This document shows, piece by piece, positions 33,586 through 43,400 of a stretch of DNA of 56,130 bases. Source of the DNA: a virus (lineage: Duplodnaviria; Caudoviricetes); the IMG/VR virus record IMGVR_UViG_3300024999_000128, positions 1 through 56,130 of that record. One strand, written 5' to 3'. Both the position numbers and the translations under genes were made by a program. The notes under the pieces are model-generated. The model was not told the origin of the DNA, searched no databases, and saw only the letters and a list, made by a program, of their open reading frames with translations. Every line of letters starts with the position of its first letter. Positions within the stretch are counted from its first letter, which is position 1.

Positions 33586-36462
33586 ATGTTTCTGCACAGG
33601 CTCCTTCCCGGAGAAGGGTATTATTGCGTCGCAATGCTGTTGCCCGGAGGCGGTTTCCGTCACCACTTCCATGACAACTTGGATGCTGCAGTAGCCAACC
33701 TCCTCGCCTTGGATAAAGGCGGCAATACCGTTTACATAACTCAGGCAGCGTTCAGCCCTGAGAAGATCAAGGAAGCCCAAGCGCATAACCGCTCGTTGCC
33801 GCGGGGGCTGCCAAAAGACGAGTACCGAAAACTCGCCATGAAGACCAGGAGCCAGGTCAATACCCTGACCCTGAAGAACTTCTTTCTCGACATTGACTGC
33901 GGCGAGAAGTGGCCGCTGAAGAACCAGCGCGAGGGCTGCAAAGCACTGCAGCAGTTCATCGCCGAAACCGGCCTGCCGATGCCCGCCGTAGTCAACTCCG
34001 GCAACGGCCTCTACGCCCACTGGATCCTCACCGAGCCGATCCCCACGGCGCAGTGGCAGACCGTGGCCTATACCCTGAAAAAAGTCGTAGCGGCCTATGC
34101 TCCTGCGATCGGCGCCGATTCCTCCCGCACCTCCGACCCGGCCTCGGTCCTGCGCATCCCCGGCACGACTAACAGGAAGCCCGGCAAGGAGCCCAAGCCG
34201 GTGCAGCTGATCCACGACCCCGGCGACATCGAGTTCGAAGAGTTCACCGCCCGCCTTCTAGCCGCGGCACAGAAGAAAAAAGTGCAGCACCAGGCTCTGT
34301 TGCCGCCGAAGGTCAACACAGATATTAATGCTGAGTTCTTCGTCCATGACGACGTCCCCAGCGACGCCAACCTGATCGCCGACAAGTGTGCCCAAGTCAG
34401 CCAGATGCGAGCGACAGGGGGCAATATCAGCGAGCCTGTGTGGTATGCCTGCATTGGTATCCTGGTCCACTGTGTCAACGGCCCAGAAATCATCCACGCG
34501 TGGTCGCAAGGGTACTCCGGCTACACCAGCACCGAGACCGACGCCAAGATCCAGCAGTGGCGGGACGCAGGGGTGGGCCCGACGACCTGCGCCAAGCTCG
34601 GCTCAGAGAACGCCGGCGGTTGCATCGGCTGCCCACACAACGGCAAGATCAAGAGCCCGATCGTCCTCGGCCGGCCGGAGCCGGCGAAGAAGGAAGTACC
34701 TGTTGAAGAGTGCGAGCCGCCGACCGGCTACCGGCGCACAGAGGAAGGGCTGTTTGCTGAGGAGGAAGGCCGCTGGGTGCGCTTCTACGACCAGGACCTG
34801 CACATCTCCTGCCTCGCCTACGACGAGTCGCTGGGCTACGAGGTGACCACCCTCCGGCACCGGCTGCCGCACGAGGGGGAGATGGAGTGTACGATCCGCA
34901 GCTCTTTGGTCCATGACCCCAAGGCGCTGATGACCATACTGTCAGACAATCATATCAAGGTGGTAGGCATGAACGAGAAAAAGAAGATGGTTGGTTACAT
35001 CGAGTCGTACCAGGCAAAGCTGCAGCGTAACCGGCGGATGACCCGCCTGCTCTGCCAGATGGGCTGGAAAGAGGCCAGTGGCGGCAAGCCGATGTTCGTC
35101 CATGGCCGCAAGATCTATCATGCCGACGGCTCCTGCGAAGAGGCAAGCCTGGCCCGTAACGTTCCGAAGTCAGCGGAAGGGTTCCGGCAGCAGGGGTCAC
35201 TCGAGAAGTGGTCAGCCGCCACCGAGGTCTTCAACAACCGCGGCATGGAGCCATTCGCCTTCGCCCTCTTGGCAGGCTTTGGTGCGCCGCTGATGAAGTT
35301 CACTGGCTTTGACGGCGCTCTGATCTCAATGGTCGGCGAGTCCGGCGCCGGCAAGACCTTGATGCTCCGCTTCAACCAATCGATCTGGGGCTACCACAAC
35401 GATCTGATGATGCTCAGAGATGACACGAAGAACGCCCTCGTGTCCAGGCTCGGGGTCTATGGCAATCTGCCACTGGTGGTCGACGAAGTGACCAACATGC
35501 CGGGGATCGAGATCTCGGACTTCGTCTATAAAGTGACCCAAGGCCGGGACAAGGCGCGGCTGACCAAGAACTCCGAGGAGCGTAAGCTGATCAATGCCTG
35601 GAATACCCTGGCTGTAACCAGCAGCAACGCCTCCCTGATCGACAAACTCTCCGAGCTCAAGCACGACGCCTCCGCCGAGATCAACCGGGTCTTCGAGTAC
35701 CCGGTGCCGGAGATGGACTGCTTCAAGGGCCAGGTCGCCTCGCAGACCTACTGGACCATCCACGAGAACTTCGGCCATGCTGGCGAGGTCTACGCCAAGT
35801 ACCTGGTGCGCAACATCGACGTGGTCAAATTCGCCATCGACAAGATGCGGGAGAAGATCGACCTGCGGGCGAAGGTGCGGGGAGATGAGCGGTATTGGTC
35901 GGCCGTTGCTTCGGCGTCTCTAGTCGGCGGAGCGATCGCCAAGTCGCTGGGCTTGATCAAGTTCGACGTGGTGCCGCCGATGGAGTGGGTGATCAAGGTA
36001 ATCCGCAACATGCGCGGCGACAAGGACGATCTGGTCGGCGACCCGGTCGGCATCCTCGGCCAGTTCTTAGATGAACACGCTTCCAACCGCCTGCTGGTCA
36101 AGGGCGACTACCGGCCAAGAGGGATCTGCACGATCATCGAAGCCCCGCGGGGACCGCTGCTGATCCGCTATGAACTGGACAGCAAGATCCTCTACCTGTC
36201 CCGGGCGGCGTTCAAGACCTGGGTCGCCCGCCGGTTCGGCAGCTACACCCAGATCAAGACCGAGCTTGAGAAGAAGAAGATCCTGCGGGATGCCAACAAG
36301 CCGAAGTGCCTGGGGTCGAACACCTTTTACGACTCAGCCTCGCAGCCCTGCTGGATGATTGACATGAAGAACCCCAAACTGGGGGCAGTGGTGGAGAACT
36401 TGGTGGAGGTAGCCGACGCTCTGGCAAAGGCTCCTCTGCATTTAGCTGGGAAAAGGAACTGA
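33586..36462 (+). CDS. Primase-helicase (RepB-like AEP primase, PriCT-like segment, DUF927 helicase)
   Basis: FFLDIDC, NSGNGLYAHW, RIPGTTN, Cys cluster C..C..CPH, Walker A GESGAGKT, Walker B VVDE. Confidence 0.88.
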   Translation: MFLHRLLPGEGYYCVAMLLPGGGFRHHFHDNLDAAVANLLALDKGGNTVYITQAAFSPEKIKEAQAHNRSLPRGLPKDEYRKLAMKTRSQVNTLTLKNFFLDIDCGEKWPLKNQREGCKALQQFIAETGLPMPAVVNSGNGLYAHWILTEPIPTAQWQTVAYTLKKVVAAYAPAIGADSSRTSDPASVLRIPGTTNRKPGKEPKPVQLIHDPGDIEFEEFTARLLAAAQKKKVQHQALLPPKVNTDINAEFFVHDDVPSDANLIADKCAQVSQMRATGGNISEPVWYACIGILVHCVNGPEIIHAWSQGYSGYTSTETDAKIQQWRDAGVGPTTCAKLGSENAGGCIGCPHNGKIKSPIVLGRPEPAKKEVPVEECEPPTGYRRTEEGLFAEEEGRWVRFYDQDLHISCLAYDESLGYEVTTLRHRLPHEGEMECTIRSSLVHDPKALMTILSDNHIKVVGMNEKKKMVGYIESYQAKLQRNRRMTRLLCQMGWKEASGGKPMFVHGRKIYHADGSCEEASLARNVPKSAEGFRQQGSLEKWSAATEVFNNRGMEPFAFALLAGFGAPLMKFTGFDGALISMVGESGAGKTLMLRFNQSIWGYHNDLMMLRDDTKNALVSRLGVYGNLPLVVDEVTNMPGIEISDFVYKVTQGRDKARLTKNSEERKLINAWNTLAVTSSNASLIDKLSELKHDASAEINRVFEYPVPEMDCFKGQVASQTYWTIHENFGHAGEVYAKYLVRNIDVVKFAIDKMREKIDLRAKVRGDERYWSAVASASLVGGAIAKSLGLIKFDVVPPMEWVIKVIRNMRGDKDDLVGDPVGILGQFLDEHASNRLLVKGDYRPRGICTIIEAPRGPLLIRYELDSKILYLSRAAFKTWVARRFGSYTQIKTELEKKKILRDANKPKCLGSNTFYDSASQPCWMIDMKNPKLGAVVENLVEVADALAKAPLHLAGKRN

Positions 36463-36743
36463 GGAGACTACCATGAAGCTCCACCTCGGGACGAAGAAGA
36501 GATACGTGATGACCAGTAGAGGAGTTGCCATGGACACTTTTGGGCGGTACGTCTTTGACAATCTGTCCTACGCAAAGCTTTACGGTGTTCAGTTTGGTAA
36601 GACGTTCGTCGGAATCATGATAAAAAAGGAGACCCCATGAACCTCAAATGGTTTTTCAACCTATTCACAAAGAAGCCCCGCCGGGATCTCGACTACCTGC
36701 GGAAACTTATGAAGGTCGCATCAACTGCCATAGAGAGGGTGTC

Positions 36744-37103
36744 ATGAAAGCAAACGAGATTGAGGAAAAGAAAATCCACGATGCTATTGTTGCAGCGAGA
36801 CAAATTCAAACTTTCCTTTGGGGAGAAGCCGATGGAAGTTGGGGCCTCGAGGAATGGCGTAGGATGTTTATAAAGCGAGTCAGAAAGATTGAGGTTATTG
36901 AAGAGAATAATCCACACGCCATGGTTGAGCTGAAGAAAAGATTACTCCAAAACGCCGCCCTATCAATCGCACTTCTGGCTATCCTTGACGGTAAGAATGA
37001 GCTGTTTTCTGGGGAGGTGATTCCATCGAACTTACCGTCCTTTTTAGCATATCCGGAAGAGCATAAAACTCTCTGCGGCGATGGGCATGATGAGTTTAGT
37101 TAA
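36744..37103 (+). CDS. Helical hypothetical protein, weak MazG-like pattern
   Basis: EW....LKKRLLQNAALSIA resembles all-alpha NTP-PPase helices but lacks the acidic metal ligands. Confidence 0.45.
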   Translation: MKANEIEEKKIHDAIVAARQIQTFLWGEADGSWGLEEWRRMFIKRVRKIEVIEENNPHAMVELKKRLLQNAALSIALLAILDGKNELFSGEVIPSNLPSFLAYPEEHKTLCGDGHDEFS

Positions 37104-37128
37104 TAATTCGAGAACTGGAGAATAAATT

Positions 37129-38016
37129 ATGAAAATAATCAAACCAAGTGTTGAGTTTTTCGGAGCAGTACCGACAGAATATAATGCCGCCCTCAAGTTT
37201 ACCGAGAAATGCGGTCGCGTTTGCTATAAGTCAGAAGACAAGATCACTGAAGATAGTGCAGAGGGATTTGTCAAGAAGCTGATCAAGGCAGGTCATCTGG
37301 CTATGGTTGAACATTCGAATTTTGTGGTTCGGAATTTAGACTCCAGTTACGATAATCTGCAATATCTCCGAGATACAGCAGGAAAATACCTGACAGTAAT
37401 CCCCAGCAAAGGATACACTGTGATTGGTGGAAGTCTTACCGCCTGGTATCAGCGTTGTCTACTTCTTGGTCGTTATGAAGGTATGTTTAACGCATTCTTC
37501 CATATATGGGGCAAGTTGTTCGGACTAGACACTGTAACTTTCTCTCACAGTTTCGGAGAAGTACCTTTGAGTAATTGGGAAGTCTGCCCTCACGACGAAA
37601 TCCCCAAGGCCCTTCACCGCTACTCAGCAAAATTCATATGTGATCGCGGGGTCAGTCATGAGCTGGTGCGACATAGACCATGTTCTTTTGCACAAGAAAG
37701 CACCAGGTATGTGAACTACGGTGGCAAGGATATGGAGTTCATTGAGCCGGATGGGTTTGAGAGGTGGAGATCTCCTGAGATTATATTGTTCCGTGATTGC
37801 TGCCGTGTGGCGGAAGATTTGTATAATAAATGCCTCGATTGTGATCTCAAACCCCAACAAGCCAGGGGCGTCCTGCCCAATGCTTTGAAGACTGAGATCG
37901 TGGTCACAGCCGATGCAGCCGAGTGGATGCATATCAGAAAATTACGAACAGCAAAGTCAAGTCACCCTGATATGCAGCGAGTAATGAATATGATGCCTTG
38001 GGAGGAGTTTTTATGA
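37129..38016 (+). CDS. thyX: FAD-dependent thymidylate synthase
   Basis: GRVCYKS, GHLAMVEH, RGVSHELVRHR..SFAQESTRY, ARGVLPN, HPDM. Confidence 0.95.
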   Translation: MKIIKPSVEFFGAVPTEYNAALKFTEKCGRVCYKSEDKITEDSAEGFVKKLIKAGHLAMVEHSNFVVRNLDSSYDNLQYLRDTAGKYLTVIPSKGYTVIGGSLTAWYQRCLLLGRYEGMFNAFFHIWGKLFGLDTVTFSHSFGEVPLSNWEVCPHDEIPKALHRYSAKFICDRGVSHELVRHRPCSFAQESTRYVNYGGKDMEFIEPDGFERWRSPEIILFRDCCRVAEDLYNKCLDCDLKPQQARGVLPNALKTEIVVTADAAEWMHIRKLRTAKSSHPDMQRVMNMMPWEEFL

Positions 38017-38165
38017 AATGGGTAATAGTGTACGGAGGAATTTTCGACGGAGTGCAAGGAGTGGTCGGACCATTTGAAACTGAGGACGAGGCAGAAGCCT
38101 ACGCAGAATCTCATAACCTCGGTGGCTTTGAGACTGCAGCGTTCGAGATGGAGGACCCAAAATGA
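38013..38165 (+). CDS. 50-aa hypothetical protein
   Basis: ATGA overlap; VGPFETEDEAEAYA; translated by eye. Confidence 0.55.
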   Translation: MKWVIVYGGIFDGVQGVVGPFETEDEAEAYAESHNLGGFETAAFEMEDPK

Positions 38166-38337
38166 CCCTCCTGAAATTCATATCTACCCACCGCATCCAA
38201 GGTGCGCTGTTGCGCGAATTTATCAGCAAGGAGTTATGGAAACCGGCAATAGTGTCTTGCGATTCACTGATCGTCGAACGCGAGATGGAGATTGAAAAAC
38301 TTAAAGAGCTGAAGTCAATGCTCGAAAAGGAGGTTGG

Positions 38338-39000
38338 GTGATGAAGTGGGGCTATTGTAACAAACATAAAACTGATTACTACGCGCATTGCGCACTGTGC
38401 CACATTGAAGACAGGCATCAAGCGAGCATGGCACAAGGACCCATCCACCGCTGCGAGAAGCACCACAAAGATTATGTCGGTGCTGCCTGTCCGGAGTGTG
38501 TGACCGAGCTAACCGATGCTCCAGACCTCGCCCCTGCCGGTAAGAAACCAAGCCAGCTTGGAGACTGCCTGGACGAGGCGAAGAAGACTATCTGCGGCGA
38601 GAGGCAGGACGTCTATGGCAGTCCGGAAGATTCGTTTACGCTCATAGCCAATTACTGGAACTCTTACTTGGCAGCGAAAGACGGAATGCTTTCCGCATTA
38701 GATATCGCCCATATGATGGTCCTCTTCAAGATGGCCCGGGTGCAGGGGCAGGCTCCAAAACGTGACAATTACGTAGATTTATGTGGGTATGCTGCCATCG
38801 CGGCTGATCGGTTGTCGGCTCGAGATAGCCAGATGAAAGAAGAAATTAAAGTCGATTGGAAGGATTGCTCAGCGTCGTTTGTATTCACTTGGAAAGACGG
38901 ATCCCCTGGCTGTCCGCATACCCGGACGAAGTTCGTCAAGACACCGGCTGCTGACTACCGGCAATGCCTCGGCTGCGGGGCGAGACTGGAGGAGGGGTAG
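38338..39000 (+). CDS. DUF6378-like helical domain flanked by Cys/His zinc-binding repeats
   Basis: ERQDVYGSPEDSF..IA.YW..YL...D.AHMM.LFK.AR...DNYVD..GYAA; CxxH/CxxC motifs. Confidence 0.7.
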   Translation: MMKWGYCNKHKTDYYAHCALCHIEDRHQASMAQGPIHRCEKHHKDYVGAACPECVTELTDAPDLAPAGKKPSQLGDCLDEAKKTICGERQDVYGSPEDSFTLIANYWNSYLAAKDGMLSALDIAHMMVLFKMARVQGQAPKRDNYVDLCGYAAIAADRLSARDSQMKEEIKVDWKDCSASFVFTWKDGSPGCPHTRTKFVKTPAADYRQCLGCGARLEEG

Positions 39001-39003
39001 ATA

Positions 39004-39408
39004 ATGCTTTCCTGCACCTGCCGCGATGACTATGACCTTGATGGGGATACTTGGGCATTTTTCCCTCCAGATGATTTCTCCAAACTGCAAACTGCCAGAA
39101 GAAGACGCTGCTGTTCTTGCAAAATACTCATTGATATTGGCGCGGACTGCCTGAAGTTTCCGAGAATACGCGGACCGAAGACTGACATAGAAGAACGTAT
39201 CATGGGAGAGGAAATTCCCATGACAGACCTGTATATGTGTGAGCCCTGTGGGGAAATTTACCTGAACCTCTCCGCTGTTGGCTACTGCTTGGACATAACT
39301 GAGTACATGCAGCACTGCCTGGAAGAGTACCACGAGCTAACCGGATTTGTGCAAACAAAAACCCCTCCAAGCCAGCTGCACCACCGACCGAGAGGGGTTA
39401 ATGTTTAG
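39004..39408 (+). CDS. Cys-rich hypothetical protein
   Basis: RRRRCCSC...CEPC. Confidence 0.65.
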   Translation: MLSCTCRDDYDLDGDTWAFFPPDDFSKLQTARRRRCCSCKILIDIGADCLKFPRIRGPKTDIEERIMGEEIPMTDLYMCEPCGEIYLNLSAVGYCLDITEYMQHCLEEYHELTGFVQTKTPPSQLHHRPRGVNV

Positions 39409-39496
39409 TCCCTGAGACCATTCCCTGGGACCACCATGTACTGTGAGAATCGTAACTCACTTTACTGAGGATGTCAAAATAAAAAAGGAGAACACC

Positions 39497-39850
39497 ATGA
39501 ACGTAAGAAAGATCGCAGCAGTATGTCACGAAGCGAACCGGGAACTCTGCAACGCCCTCGGCGACGGCAGCCAGAAGTCATGGGTCGAGGCTGAGGAGTG
39601 GCAGCGCACCAGTGCTGAGCATGGGGTGCAGTTCTGCCTGGACAACCCCAATGCGGTAGCGAGTGCGAACCACAACGCTTGGCTCAAGGAGAAGAAGGAG
39701 GCCGGATGGGTGTACGGCGAGGTCAAGGACGCCGAGAAGAAAACCCACCCCTGCATGGTGACTTACAAGAAACTGCCGGCCGAGCAGCAGGCGAAGGACC
39801 ACCTGTTCAAGGCGGTGGTTGGTGCGCTTGCGCCATTGTTGAAGGAGTAG
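39497..39850 (+). CDS. RyR-domain protein
   Basis: HNAWL.EK..AGWVYGEVKD.EKKTHPCMV.Y..LP..QQAKD signature. Confidence 0.85.
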   Translation: MNVRKIAAVCHEANRELCNALGDGSQKSWVEAEEWQRTSAEHGVQFCLDNPNAVASANHNAWLKEKKEAGWVYGEVKDAEKKTHPCMVTYKKLPAEQQAKDHLFKAVVGALAPLLKE

Positions 39851-39852
39851 CC

Positions 39853-40179
39853 ATGCCTCACTTTCTGACACACGAAAGCATTACCAGAGCGTACACGCAC
39901 TATAAGGCACATAACAAGCCTAGTAAGAAAACTCAGCATGTGTACGAATGGTTACTTGATTATGTTAAATCTGAAGAAGCCATTCTAGCTGAGGCTGAAG
40001 AAGCAAACGACTGCCCAACAGTAACTGCTGTGGAGTATAATGGCCAAGCCCGGTTCCTCTGCGTAATATGTGGAAAGTACCACTACCATAGTTTTGCGGA
40101 AGGCCACAGAGTTGCCCACTGCCCAATTGGTACTGGATACCACCTTACCAACGGGTACAACCTGAAAATATTAGTATGA
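39853..40179 (+). CDS. Hypothetical protein with C/H zinc motif
   Basis: CVICGKYH.H..GHRVAHC. Confidence 0.6.
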   Translation: MPHFLTHESITRAYTHYKAHNKPSKKTQHVYEWLLDYVKSEEAILAEAEEANDCPTVTAVEYNGQARFLCVICGKYHYHSFAEGHRVAHCPIGTGYHLTNGYNLKILV

Positions 40180-40418
40180 AAGGAAACACCATGACAGCAA
40201 TATCAATAGATGACAATGGCCAGATCGTAGGCGCAAACACCAGCATCGCTGACGTTACGCGGTTTTGCAAGGCCTACGACCTCGACCAAGATGAAGTAGT
40301 AGCAGGATGGGTGTCTTCCGGAGTAGCATCTCTGGATGGAGACACTGTAAACTTCTTGGATACCCTTCCGATAATGCAGCTAATCACTCTTGGTAGACGG
40401 GCACCTCGTACTGAGTAG
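40176..40418 (+). CDS. Hypothetical protein, last of the right arm
   Basis: Overlaps the 3' end of the convergent giant gene by 35 nt. Confidence 0.55.
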   Translation: MKGNTMTAISIDDNGQIVGANTSIADVTRFCKAYDLDQDEVVAGWVSSGVASLDGDTVNFLDTLPIMQLITLGRRAPRTE

Positions 40419-43400
40419 CCACATCCCTCTCACGTCGACCGGTCGTGCCGGACTCTCCCCGGAGGATCTTGCGCACGGCCGGTTTTATATCCCGCCCGCC
40501 GATGGCAAAGCGCGGCATCCGCAGGTTGAACTTCCTGATATCTTCAAGAGCATCACTGGCGCCGTCCCCCTCGATGATCGCCTCCGCCGCCCGCCTGATA
40601 AGTTTCCCACGACGCTCTGATATCCGAATTTTGATACCCTGTAGACTGCGCTCCGCCCCTTGCGCCTTGGAGATCTCCTCCGGGTTGAAGCCCAGCGCAA
40701 TCATCAGCACTTCGTCGGGACCGATCTGGTCGTCTGGGATCAACTTCTTGCCGGCGCCGGTCTTCACTCCGTCGGTGGCTACCCTGATCGCCTTGAAGAC
40801 ATCCTTGATCGGTTTGGGGGCGGCAGCCTCAAGGCCCTTCATATAGTTGCCCTTGTTGAAGAACTCATCATACCCCTGCGCCAGCCCCGCCCCTACTGAG
40901 AACGTCGGGCCAAGCTGGTTGGCAGCCCACCATGCGGCAAGCTCCTTGCCATGCAGCCTTGGCGGCGGCTCGTTCTGCATCCCGTAGACATCCTGCAGCC
41001 CCACCCGTTTGGAGATATCCGCCCCGGCCAGTGACGGCAGACCATGAGTTAGCAGGTCGGCTACGGTCTTCGGGAAAGTATCCTGCAGCCAGTTGGTGTA
41101 CATCAGCCGGTAATCCTCCGGCTCGTCGTCATCTCCCAGGATTGCCCCAAGGATGGCAAAGACCGTACCGGCGAACGGCATCCCAAGAGACCCGGCCAGT
41201 GCGCCGGTCATGCCCATGATGCCGACGAACTCCTTGGTGGCCGCTGCCTTGATCTCCTTGCTCTCGCCCCTGATCGCGTTGTTGAGCAGCATCGCTAATC
41301 TAATGCCAGTCATGATCCGGTAATGCTGGAACTGCAGGACCACCCGGGTCAAGCCGCCCTGCAGAGCAGCTCCCTTGTTCTCCTTAGAGTAGGAGTAGAG
41401 GGTGTCGTTGACCACCTCGGCGATGTCGTTCATCGCCAGGAAGAAATCCTTGCCATCCTGGGAAGCTAGGTCGTAGGTGCTCAGCACCGCCGCCTTGCGG
41501 GAGGTAAGCTCGGACAGGCTCATCGGTTTCATCGCTATGGCGAACCCTTTCGCCATTAAGCTGTTTGGGTCTTTGCCATTGGTTACGTCGAACGCCTCAT
41601 GCGCTGCCGAGATATCGAGGAGGTTGCGGGCCATGGCCTCCCGCAGGACCAGCAATCGACGCTGGTAGGGGGTAACCTTCTCAGAATCGGCTATCCGCTT
41701 GGCTACATATTCTTCAGAGAACAGCGGCTCTCCCAGCTCCTTGCCCTTGGCAGCCGGCGTGTTGCGGTTATCGATGGTGACCACGGCATGGAGTTCGTCA
41801 AAGAGCACTGCGACGACCGGGTCGTCGAACATCGCTGCCCGCCGGTAGTCTTTTTTGAACGCCTCCTTGGTCCACAGCGCCAAGGCCTTGGCAGCCTTGA
41901 CCGGCCCGTACTTGACCGCCAGCTTGGGCAGGGTCAGGGCGCCGAGCTGGGTCATCTGCACCAGGGCGATCGACGGCGAGGTCATATACCAGCCGGTGCC
42001 GACCTTACCCAGGAAAGAGGCAGCCACACCGACCTTCACCGAACGCAAGGCCTGGACCCGGGCCCGCAGGTCGTTGAGCAGGTGGTTCTCCATGTCGGTG
42101 TTGGCGGCAACGTCGCCGTCGAGCTTGGCCTTGATGTCGTCGCCCATGCTCTTGAGGTCGCCTTCGATCTTCTTGCCCTGCTCGGTCCAGGCGATGTTCG
42201 AGGCATGGCGCTGCATGTAGTCGAGGTAACTGCGCAGCATGTCGAGACTGTAGCCCTTGACGTTTTTCCGGCGTACCGAGTTCTTCAAGGCGGAGGTCTC
42301 CGGCTGCCAGCGCAGCCAGATCTGGGTCATGTCGTTAATGGTGTTCTGGGCCGCCTCCATCGCCGCCTCGACGGCCTCGGAGTCGTTGGGGTTAATGTCC
42401 TTCATGTACTTCGCCCGCACCGTCTTGCTCAACTGCTCAAGCATCATTGCAGGGATGGCGACGGCGCCGGCCGGCTGCTTGTCCTTGTACGACTCCTTGA
42501 TCCCGTCCGGGTCGACGCCGGCAGCGACACGCTCAGCCTTGGCCTCGTTGCGCTCAGCGATGGTGGTGAAATGCTCGGCCCACTTGAAGCCGTCCTTGTC
42601 GACATACTTGAGGACGAAATCGCCGACCCGGGCCAACGGCCAGTAGGCGCCGTGCAGGTCGGTAAAGGTAGCGTCAAACTTGAGCATCATTTCTTTACGC
42701 TCGTCAGAGTTCGGCTCGGTCACCTTCTCTATATAGCGCAGCAGGTTGTTCTTCTCCCGGGTCCTGATGCCGGCGATGTGCTCGACGGTATCCTGGTAGG
42801 CCTGCTTCATGTCGTCGGTCTTGAGGGCGTCGTAGGCCTTCTTCGCCTCGCTGTAAGCCTCGATGTAGGTCAGGCCAGTGGCCTTCTGCATCTTGGCAGC
42901 CACCCATTTCTTCTGGGCGTTCTTCAGCTTTTCGGACCTGGTCTTGCCGACGGCTGTCCAGTCCTGGCTGTAGAGGTCCTTCCATGGGGTCATGCGGTTG
43001 AACGATGCGGTTGCCGCGGCGGTGTTGAAGACATCCAGCCCGACGGTCTTCTGGGCCATCTCCATGGCCTTGTCGTAGATGACCTTCGAAGAACTGACGA
43101 TCTCTTCCTTGGCAGCGACGATCGCATTAAGCCGCTCGGAGAAGTTCCTGATCTGCGGGATGGTCTTGCCGAAGGTCTGCACCAGGGTGTGCAGCGGGGT
43201 CACCGCCAGCCACTGCGGGGCGTACTGGACATAGAGATCATGGAGCTTGGACTTCGGATTCTTGAGTGCTTGTACGGCCGTGCCGAGCTTTTTCTGCCCG
43301 GACTTGAGGGCCTCACTGATCTGTTCGTCGGCGATGATGCCGAGAGGGGTCTGGACCTGCATGTCGATGGCAGGGTTGGCAGGGTCCCAGGTCTGGTTGA

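Noticed and set aside
36744-39000. DNA base-modification pathway (e.g. Z-genome or 7-deazaguanine)
   Set aside because: Only ThyX, a DUF6378-like gene and a weak MazG-like gene are seen; no PurZ, DpdA/Que, methylase or glycosyltransferase motifs recognised.
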